64,000 nt of DNA from Ylistrum balloti. Taxonomy: Eukaryota. The stretch spans positions 2,232,001-2,296,000 of the forward strand of contig NW_026781917.1 in assembly GCF_031769215.1 (NCBI RefSeq), written 5' to 3'. The notes under the pieces are model-generated. The model was not told the origin of the DNA. It did not search any database and was given only the letters and a program-made list of their open reading frames with translations. The translations under genes and the position numbers were made by a program. Shown piece by piece: positions 40,201-52,100 of this stretch; within the stretch, counting starts at the first letter, position 1; every line of letters starts with the position of its first letter.

Positions 40201-43200
40201 CCGGAAGTTGTTAATTTGAGATTGATTGATGTTGGCAGTGTAAAAAAAGTTTAATATTTTGTAAGATAGTGTCAGATCATCTTTGGTTATACCAGTAAGT
40301 TTAAATGTATTATAACGAGTTTTCATTATGATTGTTTTTGTACAATGTGGATTACAAACATGAATATATCACATAAATAGTTGTCATTTTCCTGATTTTG
40401 TTTCCATATTTGTGAATATATATTTGTCTCGTCATTCAATATCTAGTATGTTGGAATCTAGAAAAAGGATCATTCCCCAGTTTGAGGGTAGAACAGAGAT
40501 ATATCTACCTTCGGAAGAGATTTCCGATAGTCTTACTCTTGGCAAAGGCTCGGGTTAGACAAATTCATTTGTACTACCCGGCTCAAACTAGGGAAAGATC
40601 AAATCAATCAACACGATCTATTGGATATCAAAATATAAATATCGAGTATAGCAATCACGCTTCCGGTACAAATCTGTGGCCTGTTACTCGTACCTGAGGG
40701 AGCTTCTGCCACTTCTGATTCAATGCAGAAAGTAATTCTCCAGTTGAAGAGAGCCTTGCACTAGTCGGTCTGTGTGGTTTGGGATTTATCTGGCACTGCA
40801 ATGCGGAACAACTAAGCGTCGAAGGTTACTTTCCATCAGTAACATGCAAGTAAATCAAAAAGTTTAGAGAGGAAAAAACCTAAACAGTAACACCGTCATC
40901 AGCAAATACTGCTGTGCCCAGAAAAGCGCGGCCCTTGTAAGTAAAACGCGGTTTTCATCAGACCAGTGAACCCTTCGCCAAGACCTAACAATCCATGTCC
41001 GCAGATCACGTGCCTGTCGCAGTCTTGCTTGTGTGTCTCCTTTGCGGTCAAGAGGGGGCATTTTATTGGTTGGTGAGAGTGAAATCAAATACTGTTCATA
41101 TGTCTGTTGATTGTATATATGTCGGCTAACACGAACATTGGCGTTCCATTGTCCTCTGAACCTGTTGGCGATGATGAATGGAGCTCGCCTTGTCTGTCTA
41201 CACAGTAGTTTGTCTGTCTACACAGTAGTTTGTCTGTCTACACAGTAGTTTGTCTGTCTACACAGTAGTCTGTCTTTTCTATTTGTGATCTTTCGGGGTC
41301 TGCCAGACCTGGGACGTTTGTCGCCGTGGTCACTTCGATTTAGACACCAAGAAATAACAGAATGCCCTACCACCTTGAAGCCTGTCATCTTGTAGCATTT
41401 GTCAGATTTTTACGTGCAAGCTCATAATTCAGTATGAACAGGGTTATTATTTACACGTAATACACGCGCAAACGCAGCTTTAGGTGGTACACCAAACTTG
41501 TGTGTTGTTAGAGAACGGGGTACCCAAGTCTAATCCGGTAATGTTGAGTATTGGTAGCATATTTCACACAAAGGAGACACTACGAGAATGATAAGGTTTA
41601 TTTTAACAAAAGGAAAAATCAGTTTTGATTAAAATTTTCACACTGAATTTTATCGTCTCTAAGTCATGGTCTGCTGTTTATTTGACTGTCAGAAAAAAAT
41701 TCACATTTATGGAAAGTGTTGAGTAAGCATCTGAATAATACTAAGATAATATTTCACGTCCTTTGTGATGAATCAAGTGTCGACTACCGCTACAAGTGAT
41801 ATTCGGCTGGTTTACATTCTAGCCACTTGTATGATTCATTCAAAACTTTTATAAAAAAAAAAAAAACGTTGCGAATGTATTGCCATCTAAGTATTGAATG
41901 TGTGTCTACATAATATGATCCCGGATAAGGATGGTCAAATTTTACAATTCAGTACTGGTAAAATGGAAACATGACCTTAGTAAAATGTTTTGTAAACTGT
42001 AGGAGCATGATAGCGTCACTTCCCTTATAGAGAAAATCATCTCCGCAGCTCAGGTTGTCGTGTTTCCAATCAGTTAATATTCCTCTTTAATCCGTATCGA
42101 TATAAGACACAGTTAACACAAACTACACATCCATTAACCTACTTAGATAAGGATTCATCATTTCCTGTTTTCATACGGCTTACTTGAATTGATTTACAGG
42201 AAGCAGACCCTACAATTTGCTCTAACGGGATATATTGTAAAATTGAAAACACGAACTACTGTCAACGTATTCTGGCCATGGATGGTTCGGACTGCGGGCA
42301 AGGCAAGGTAAGTCGTGACGCGAACTTGTTTATGTTCAATTATTTTCGCTTTGTCAAATCTTTTACAAATATAGCTACTAGTATACATCCGTTTTAACGG
42401 AAAAAAATTCGGAAAGCAAACCGAATATTTTCTAACATTGTACAAATAACAGAGAAGAGTTTAGAACTTGTCGATACAAAGGAATTAAGAATCAGTATAG
42501 ACAAATAATCACTTCAGCTCCACCAGACAGGTGTTTTTCCTTACAGGAATCCATGATATACATGTGAGAGTTGCACTAACTCCAAAAAGTTTATAATTTT
42601 CATATTGTATACTTTCACATGATACATGTTATAATACCAAAAACGCTAAATTAATATTACCTATCATCGAGTAACAGTTCAAAGATTACTGTAGATAACT
42701 TAGATTTCGTGAACACTTTATTTTGCGGACTTCCCTCTTAAGACATATTCACAAATACATTATTTCGCGAGCGCTGATCTAGAAATCATTTTCAACTCAA
42801 ATGAGCTATCAGAGACACGGACTTTGCGAGACTCCTAAATAGTTTACCGAGTAAAAATGGATGTCCTCCACGGTTATTTTCGTACAAATAATCGCGAGTG
42901 ATTTGAATTCGCGTTTGACTATCCTCGCGTATCATTCGAAAATAAATCCCACGCGAAATATAAGTGATTTACCGTAGATGACATTATAAAAAGGTACTGT
43001 ACACGATTGATTACAATATACAGTATGTAGGGATAGATTTTAAAGAAACATGCATAATTGATTAATTACGTTGCATCATGTACATAGTAATTTAATTACA
43101 CCAAACCAAGAATGACAATAGACATTTAAAATTATATGGTGTGATATGAGTAGGGTGTAAAATCAAAGGTAGGCTATGTAAGACTCGATTTGGATTATTT

Positions 43201-43767
43201 TTAAATATCATTGACCCATAATACACAAAATGTACTCTAAATAAACAGTGCCGCTTTGGCCAATCAAACGTTTTGTTACAAAATGATTTCATTTTACGTT
43301 ATGGTGTGGTAAAAAAGCCAATGGAAATGCTCGTTTCATATTTTAACCGTTTTTAACTTCATCGATAGAGTCACAATACTGTAAAATCCTATATTTTCGC
43401 GAGAGTTAGTTTTCCTGATTTTCAAAACATACAATTTCGTGGAGACTTGCTTTCATGGGTAAAATATCTATTTATACTAATCCAGCAGTTCGTGGACAAT
43501 ATCCGAATTCAACAGCAGTAAATCCTACACGAAAATTACTGATTTGACAGTAGGCAATACAATCATTGTCATATAATAAACCTCGTTTAAACGACATTTT
43601 TCCTGTCGAAAATATGAACAGGTGTATGATCGGATTCCCATGACTTCAATACCTTTCTGTTGTAGATATGTAACGAAGGCAAATGCGTGCGTCGATCCAA
43701 GGGTTCCGGCAATCGTCCTCGTGCTTTGGATAATATGAATTCTGGGTTTTTGAAATCGGGTGTGTAA
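31238..43767 (+). CDS. Secreted reprolysin-family (M12B) zinc metalloprotease, ADAMTS-like, ~533 aa: signal peptide, prodomain, catalytic domain, ADAMTS-type disintegrin-like Cys-rich domain
   Basis: Exons 31238-31325, 31810-32024, 32605-32685, 32846-32969, 33136-33253, 33616-33694, 34724-34807, 35115-35260, 35948-35994, 37075-37186, 38636-38788, 39472-39616, 42200-42307, 43666-43767; 1602 nt open. Furin sites RNRR and RKR|A, then VVEILVFLD, DHAMQF, zinc motif HELGHSLGSSHD, Met-turn YIMA, GQIYDLSSQC, and AMDGSDCGQGKICNEGKC. Confidence 0.9.
33695..34170 (+). repeat. 27-bp minisatellite, ~17-18 units, starting at the exon-6 donor of the metalloprotease
   Basis: Unit (a/g)taagtca(t/c)cgagacaggtaaaatatt. 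Unit 1 begins with the intron's GT at 33695. Confidence 0.95.
35510..35655 (+). repeat. Dispersed repeat, same family as ~3370-3510 and ~4640-4730
   Basis: aatcataatcca...ggagactcctgaaaaagtacaaagagaataagaccagctgttccggaagagtaagcgtt. Confidence 0.65.
37810..38645 (+). repeat. ~28-bp minisatellite, ~30 units, ending across the exon-11 acceptor of the metalloprotease
   Basis: Unit ~tctaacagtctggggtcgtgtctatgtc. The last unit is the true junction aacag|TCTGGGGTCG at 38635/38636. Confidence 0.95.
40640..41420 (-). mobile_element. Decayed Tc1/mariner transposase remnant in intron 12 of the metalloprotease
   Basis: Minus-strand pieces in shifting frames: DKRPRSGRPRKITNRKDR (HTH region), RLRQARDLRTWIVRSWRRVHWSDENR (start of catalytic domain) and LLSALNQKWQKLPQ (Tc1 C-terminus). 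Frameshifted, with most of the DDE domain missing. Confidence 0.75.
41191..41274. repeat. 20-bp tandem repeat x4 inside the Tc1 remnant
   Basis: tgtctgtctacacagtagtt at 41191, 41211, 41231 and 41251. Confidence 0.95.
42687..42976. mobile_element. MITE with ~24-bp imperfect terminal inverted repeats
   Basis: Left tactgtagataacttagatttcgtg; reverse complement of right end tacggtaaatcacttatatttcgcg. TA at both ends; CpG-rich interior. Confidence 0.7.
43377..43552. mobile_element. Shorter MITE of the same TACTGTA-type family
   Basis: Left tactgtaaaatcctatattttcgcg; reverse complement of right end tactgtcaaatcagtaattttcgtg. Confidence 0.7.
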
Positions 43768-44489
43768 GATTTCCCCCACCTTTTTCTTGTAGAATGGATG
43801 GCACGAAAATTAAAAGCAAACCAGATTATCAGTAAGATGGATTATCAAGATTAACTATATCATGGTATATTAGTTTTTGGGTTTGGTTGGTGGGTTACCA
43901 ACGTCAGTATCAAAGAAAGAGCTGAGATACCAAACCAAATATTTTTCGTCGATGCGACTTTTCACTAAAGCTCAGTACGTATCAAATACAGTCGGTTTCG
44001 TCACAAGCTGTGGCGTTCAGGAGTTGCTACAGTAACGCCAGCTTACAAAGAACCTGAACTTCCTTATAGAAAACAAATGGTAAAAGAACTGATAGATGTA
44101 GAATCCACCAGTGTACAGTCTTTAGTGAATGATTTATGGCTTGGAAGACGCTTATATCCCCGTGAAGAGGGAAAATCATTTGATTTCCTCTCTATCATCT
44201 GACAACAGACTCATGACCGCGCAGTTTTATGATACAAGACCCATACCTTCCGACAGTCAAAGCTTGTGTATACAGCTAAGGAAACAGCGCCGAAAAATCG
44301 GCTTCATGAAGGACAGACCCAAGACAAGTATAATTGTTGAAAAATGGAAGGAAATATGTTCGTCAAGATGGTGATCTTAGAAATATGAAAGATTTGAATT
44401 TCGTTGATATTTCATGTAAATTACCGCCATGTCCATCATATAGCATCTAACCAAATTCATTAATGAATTCATGACGATAGGCTTAACAC

Positions 44490-46105
44490 TTTTCATCCTC
44501 GTAAACAATCCCTTCGGTCATTTCGTAAGTCAACATCAAAGATGGAACAACACAATCCCTTTGGTCCTTTCGTAAGTCAACATCAAAGTGAACACAACCC
44601 CTTTGGTCATTTTGTAAGTCAACATCAAAGTGGACAACACAATTCCTTTGGTCCTTTCGTAAGTCAACATCAAAGTGAACACAACCCCTTTGGTCATTTT
44701 GTAAGTCAACATCAAAGTGGACAACACAATTCCTTTGGTCCTTTCGTAAGTCAACATCAAAGTTAACAACACAATCTCTTTGGTAATTTTGTAAGTCAAC
44801 ATCAAAGATGGAACAACACAATCCCTTTGGTCATTTTGTAAGTCAACATCAAAGATGGAACAACACAATCCCTTTGGTCATTTCGTAAGTCAACATCAAA
44901 GTGAACAACACAATCCCTTTGGTCATTTCGTAAGTCAACATCAAAGTGGACAACACAATTCCTTTGGTCCTTTCGTAAGTCAACATCAAAGTTAACACAA
45001 TCCCTTTGGTCATTTTGTAAGTCAACATCAAAGTGAACAACACCATCCCTTTGGTCATTCCGTAAGTCAACATCAAAGATGGAACAACACAATCCCTTTG
45101 GTCCTTTCGTAAGTCAACATCAAAGTGAACACAATCCCTTTGGTCATTTTGTAAGTCAACATCAAAGTGAACACAATTCCTTTGGTCATTTTGTAAGTCA
45201 ACATCAAAGTGGACAACACAATCCCTTTGGTCATTTTGTAAGTCAACATCAAAGTGAACAACACAATCCCTTTGGTCCTTTCGTAAGTCAACATCAAAGT
45301 AAACACAATCCCTTTGGTCATTTTGTAAGTCAACATCAAAGTGAACAACACCATCCCTTTGGTCATTCCGCAAGTCAACATCAAAGATGGAACAACACAA
45401 TCCCTTTGGTCCTTTCGTAAGTCAACATCAAAGTGAACACAATCCCTTTGGTCATTTTGTAAGTCAACATCAAAGTGGACAACACAATCCCTTCGGTCAT
45501 TTTGTAAGTCAACATCAAAGTGAACACAATCCCTTTGGTCATTTTGTAAGTCAACATCAAAGTAAACACAATCCCTTTGGTCATTTTGTAAGTCAACATC
45601 AAAGTTGACAACACAATCCCTTTGGTCATTCCGTAAGTCAACATCAAAGATGTTACAGCACAATCCCTTTGGTCATTTTGTAAGTCAACATCAAAGTTAA
45701 CAACACAATCCCTTTGGTCACTTTGTAAGTCAACATCAAAGATGAAACAACACAATCCCTTTGGTCATTTTGTAAGTCAACATCAAAGTTAACAACACAA
45801 TCCCTTTGATCATTTTGTAACTCAACATCAAAGTGAACAACACAATCCCTTTGGTCATTTCGTAAGTCAACATCAAAGTGGACAACACAATCCCTTTGAT
45901 CATTTTGTAAGTCAACATCAAAGATGGAACAACACAATCCCTTTGGTCATTTTGTAAGTCAACATCAAAGTGAACAACACAATCCCTTTGGTCATTTTGT
46001 AAGTCAACATCAAAGATGGAACAACACAATCCCTTTGGTGATTTTGTAAGTCAACATCAAAGTGAACAACACAATCCCTTTGGTCATTTCGTTAGTCAAA
46101 ATCAA
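44490..46105. repeat. Satellite array, ~36 units, of a 38-bp core with three linker variants (unit 42, 45 or 47 bp)
   Basis: Core cacaatccctttggtcattttgtaagtcaacatcaaag followed by tgaa, tg(g/a)acaa or atggaacaa. Confidence 0.95.
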
Positions 46106-49100
46106 AGAAGAACAACAAACTGTTTATTTCATATAATATACATTTATTTATATACTTCAAAGTAAGAACTGGCCTGACTGATTGGTTTTCACAACAACTT
46201 CCCCACTCCCTCACAGATCACAGTAGATAAGTCAAGAATAATCATATGTTTAGGCCACACCAAAATGCATTCTGTCACCAATCTTACGATTTTACCCAAG
46301 ACATAGTACAGTTGACTTCATTTTATTGTAATTTCAGCATTCAATGGCATGTTTTGATTGCATCTTAGAAAAATGATTCAATTCTTGAAAAAGTTCTTTT
46401 ATTATCAAACTACTAAAACGTTGCAAAAAGTTGCTTTTGTGGCCGTGGAAATTAATTAAAATGATGCAAATCTCTGATGATTTCCGAAACCATCAAATAA
46501 ACACAAAATGCATTTGGTGTAGCCTTGGTTGTAGATCATACAGGCACTGAACAGAAAGGTGCAATACCGGGAAGTGATTCTCTCTCATAGACTCATTCAG
46601 ATTGATGGCACAGACCACACATTTATCAGAATATATTGTAAGATTTGGTTAGAAGAACAATATGTGTTATAAATGGTGTTCATCTAAAACATATATAGCA
46701 GGCATCAAAATCATCAGTTTGCAGAGATTTTAAAAATTACAATTTAATCCAAAAAACACTGAACGGCTGCAGGATCTAAACCAAAAAGTCCTGATTTTTT
46801 TTAATCCTCTAAAACTATCAAATGTGTATATGAATTAACTACTATACTTCTATGAACATGAGCATAAGTTAATAATTTCCAAAAAAGTATAAAAAAACCA
46901 TTTATATCAGACCAAGGGGAGATAATCACATCTTATCAATTAATTCCTATTATTTAGGGTCTGTAATTCATAAAAGCATGTTATAACCACATCCAACTAT
47001 CATATATGAAGGGTATTACCTTAAAAAGATTGAAAACATCTAAGCAGTCTATAGTGAAAACAACTACCTTTCATCTTTCTAAACAATGTGATGAACAATA
47101 TCAAACGAGAACGGTTTTCTGAATATTCAATAAACAATAGGACCTGTAAAAGGCCTTTTAAGCAACAAGACAAATATTGTAAACACTTTAAAAACATTTT
47201 CTCGAATTCAATTCAAATTTCAAAACTTCTATCAGACATTTATGTTACCATATGATATATTTTGGCATGCTCAGTTTTCAGTGTAACATCAAATTTTAAG
47301 AGACTAGCACATTGATGAACTGATGCACACACAATTTCTGCTGTAGAACACATTATACAAATTATGTAAACAGCACAAACATAATATAGCACAATAGTGA
47401 TTAAGCACAAAAGTGTTGACATAAAATCCGTGCTATAATTCACAGAAACAGCAATTCATACAAACCAATAAAAATACATATTTTGAAAATGATTGAATTC
47501 AGTGGAAATAGCTGTACTTCAGACTGAAGACTGACTTATACCACATTCTATTATCAGTTTTTACTCTTACTGATATCTGCTACCAAATTAAATTTTTAAA
47601 AGTAGTTTTCTAAGAAAGGTGTTTGTTTTCCATGTATCATACATTTGCTCTTATAACCTACAATAAATGTAAATGGGTGAAAAATCAAAGGACTTGCACC
47701 AAAAATATTAGTAGATTTAAGAAATTATATATTGATTCCTAACTTCAATATCGTGTATTATTCAAACAGGTACAATATTTTTTATGATGAATTCAAAGAA
47801 AAAATGAAAAGTTTAAATAATTTAAATAATAATAATAATAATAATATATGAGCTAAATATCTGAAAAACTTCTTTCAATTTTATACTTTTCACATTCATA
47901 ATTTTTTTTTTTTTTTCAAACTGTTTAGGATATGCTGATATACAATAGACAATAGCCATGAAACCACAATACCTGTATCTGTTATATATTCTCTAGGTGT
48001 TTGAGGTACAAATGACTTTTCCCTGTCTTTACATTACCCGCAAAGCTTTATTGAATAAAGAATTGAGCCATCTCTGTCTAAAATAAATAAACTTATATTT
48101 TAACAAATCTTTGTACATTAACAAAATGCAGATTACAAGAGATCATAACAAATGTGTACACCTTAATGATCAGTTTGTACTATGAAGTGAAATTTAAATA
48201 AGACAATATATCTATGGTTTTAATGAGCTTTCCCAGTATGTTCAGCTAAAGTGAAACTGTGATAATGAACAACAGCAATGGTGACAGATTATTTAAGTAT
48301 TATGATATAAAAAGTTTGAAAATCATCATACTTGAACAAAGTTATTTCCATCAAAACCTGATCAATGGCGTTTAAAAATTCTCAAATTTGTGTACAGCTG
48401 AATATCTGTATTAAAAAAAGTTTGCAAAAAAGCAATGGTGTCTCCAGTTGACAGTATTTAGTGTGTATGATTTTTTGGGTTTTTTTTTTTCAAATAACAA
48501 AATTTTCGTTTGCCTAGAAATCTATTGGAAATAAGGAATTTGGAATTCATCTTGAATATCTATATTCAGCATAGATTCGTCTGTATCCACAGACAGTAAA
48601 ACAATGAAAATGTGTACTTATTTGTCTAGTCTAGATAACCTATGTAAATTCATGTGATAATAAAATAAAGATCAAATAGAATTGGGGCTCACATAGATAT
48701 ATTCCCACCAGTAATCATTTCATTCTGAACTAAATCTATCGAGGGATTAATCAATTAAGGTGTTCATGAAATATCTTGTTTACCAAATTTTTATTTCAAA
48801 AGGGTCAACAAGTGCCCATTAACCTTTAACTATGACCCATGACCATCAATATTCCATCAGATGTGGATATCAGTGAAGTAATGCTCTGATTTTAACATGA
48901 ACAGAATATGTCCATAGGTTTAGAATGGTCATACAAAGTGATTACTAAATACCCTTCTCCCCCTTAAATAACAATGGATATTATTTGATAGGTTTGAAAC
49001 CTTTGAGGGATTGGTGCTAATACAGGCTTGGTAACAATTTCAATAGAAATTCTTAGAACACAACCAGAGAATATTTAATTGTGATGAAAACACTGTCACC

Positions 49101-52100
49101 TTAACAGACAAATGACCAGCATGAAGCATAATAGCACTGATGGATGGAGTTTATGAAATGGCACAGAATTGTCTGTACTTATCCTATGTCCACTGAAGAA
49201 AAAAAAAAATATAAAGTAGTGTGACAAGACAGTAAAATGATTATAGAAAGAAGTACCAAGCACTGCAGTCCATTTAGCAATGTTTTGCTTTTCGATCATA
49301 AATGTATGAGAGTCTGCCCTACCCCCCCCCCCACCCCCCTCAATAGATGTATTAGAGTCTGGGCCCCCACTCCATAGATGTATTAGAGTCTGGGCCCCCA
49401 CTCCCCCCATTATCCCTGTTTAATACTGGCTAAATACGGGCAATCCAAAAATAATAATTTAAACATAATATGAAACATGACTGTTATCTCTATTCTTGCA
49501 GTGTCATTCGGCAACTGACCAAATGAAAAAAGATCAGTTGAAACAATAAAGTTTTTTCATTGAAATAAAAATGATACGCTTATGAAATACATTTTCATAT
49601 AAATGAACTGAATTGATTTTGACTGAACTAACAATAACTAAAAAACAATCAAAACAACATGAATCCACACATTATCAATGATATGGTAAACATTTTGTGA
49701 ATTTCTTTCTCTATATCAGATTTCAGGTATAAAAATTTCTATAATTTCATGACATATGAAAAAAAATCACATGTGAAGAAAAAAAAATTAGCATTTTGTT
49801 GAAGACAAAGAACAAATATATAAATAATGGAGAATGATAAGCAAATTGTCATCAACAGTCCCATATCCACCTTCAAAATTTCATCGATTTTCCTTTTAAT
49901 GACATATATACAAACTTTTAAGAATTTCACCCAGGAAATGTATTGTAGGTGTGCAAAGAAATTGTATGGGATGAGGTGTGTTGGCACAGTATAGCTCACC
50001 GGAGATAATATGAGGTCAAATGTATTTTTTTTATTTTCTTTTTTTTTTTTTTAACTATTCAACTATCGTTTTTTTTTTTTTTTTTTTTTTATGAAATATG
50101 TGTTTTCGAACTTCAAACTTGTGAAAAAGAAACTGTACAAAATATTTTAATACACTTAAAATTTTAACTTGCACAATATACCGTATAATTTTAAACAGTA
50201 AATTGAAAAGATCATTACCGTATATCACTTTATATTCAACACTGATAATGACCAAAAGGATCCAATCAATAGGCTTCCATATATATTGAATTTATTGAAA
50301 ATCAAATTGACACCATAACATTTAATGCAGAAGAGCTTTAGAAAAATTGTCTCCTATTACATAAAAGTATCAAGATAGGGCATAAAATTTTTGAAAGATA
50401 CTCAATTTTCTTTAATCTTTTATCATTCTTTTTTCAAAACTATTCATAACCATGAAATGAAAATAACATGTACCACTCATTATAGTCAATACATTGTTCA
50501 GAAATGCATATATATATGTACCATGCAAGACACTGAATCAATATAAAAAAAATGAAACAGTTAAAAAAAAAAGAAAAAGAACATTAACAATACCTGATAT
50601 GATGAAGAATAACTATACTAATTAACAAAGCAATCATTAAAAAAACAAAACATATTATCTCCATATGCATTAAATCAGACACCACCAGCCAGCAAGTCTT
50701 GGCAAAGTATGGTAAAAGGAATTCTAGGGTGCTATAATAAGTCAATTTCTTAAAAAATATATCCATAATGACTTGAAATGGTTGAAACAGATAAACTAAA
50801 GAAGTCCTAGCTCAATGTTACATACTTTCTATCTGACAAAATATTGTAAATTTCATATAACTAAGAAATGGAAAACACTTTTCATTTGTATCTTTTCCAA
50901 GTGTTTACAATGTATAATAAAATGTTTTTGTTGAGGAAGTATATTCATTATTGCTTCAAAATAGGGATTAGGAGTAAAAAGGCTGTGATGTGAATATATA
51001 AGTTTTGGAAATTACTGGGTAGAGGGAAAAAGTTACCCAGATCTAAATAGGTTGCTGACAGCTTTCTGTGTTTAAGGAAAAAGGCAACAACTCAAGAGTT
51101 GAAAGAAAGACTCTGGTATCAGCATTACTTCTACGACACCTTCTTTCACACACAATCACACATGTTTAATGTTGATTTTAAAGACTGTGGAATATATCAA
51201 TAAAATCCCTCACATTAAAAATATGTATTTTCCAAATTGATTTGAGGGTCAAATAACAGGCTATTTATCTGATGTTCCTGCTGTGTATATCTACTGCAAG
51301 TCTATGATGCAGTCATTTATAAAACCATTTATGGAATTCCCTCATTCCTCTCAAATACTCCTTTTCATCAAGTACTTCCCATCATCTACCTTTCATCTCG
51401 GCATTTGATTTTTTTCGATATTCAATTTAATGAAGGTTTTTCTACAACCTTCAAAATTCAATACACAATGAATTTATTTACAAAATGTACAAGAAACAGG
51501 CTAAATCAAAACAGTGTCTGAATTTACACACAACGAAACAGCACTTTGACACTTTGTAATAATAATGATGGCACTTTATGTACAATCATGTGAAAAATTT
51601 ACTTTTGATAAATAATAATTTAATGTTCATAAAAGCAAATCCTTAGGAAATTTAACAGATTATCAAGTGAATATATATTGAGAAACATTTCCGAATCTTA
51701 TTAAAACAGTTATTTTACAACACTTTTGATGAAATATCAGACCTGTGACAGAAATTAACATATTTGATGACTTCAAATATAACAAAAACAAAATCCTCTT
51801 CCTCCTTCTTTACAGCATGTAGTTCAACCACAACTACCAGTCACACTGAACTTTACCTGGAATATTCCCATTGGGCAATTAGTTGATGACACTGAACCTT
51901 AGCTATGCCTATCAGTTATTGATCATCTGATGGATCATATGGTTAGATTCTGTTCCCAATTTGAATATTCAGTTTCGACTAACCCGTATATCATAATGAA
52001 AGGTGATTCTAACTGTACAAATTATTTAGGTGTCTTAATTTAAATTGGTTTGTCCACTTCAAAATGCAATATTTCTTGGAGTAGACATACACTTTCAAAA

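Noticed and set aside
31238-43767. Idea that the protease mirrors the MMP cluster next to human DCUN1D5
   Set aside because: It is a reprolysin (M12B) with an ADAMTS-type Cys-rich domain, not a matrixin: no PRCGxPD switch and no hemopexin domain.
44129-44374. 81-aa ORF after the protease
   Set aside because: No motif, no TSP1 signature and no usable splice link.
44483-46029. Many His/Gln-rich or Cys/Asp/Val-rich repeat ORFs on both strands; CRISPR-like look
   Set aside because: 47-bp units break every frame and there is no signal peptide or splice context. Linkers are 4-9 nt recurring variants, not unique spacers; the DNA is eukaryotic with no cas genes.
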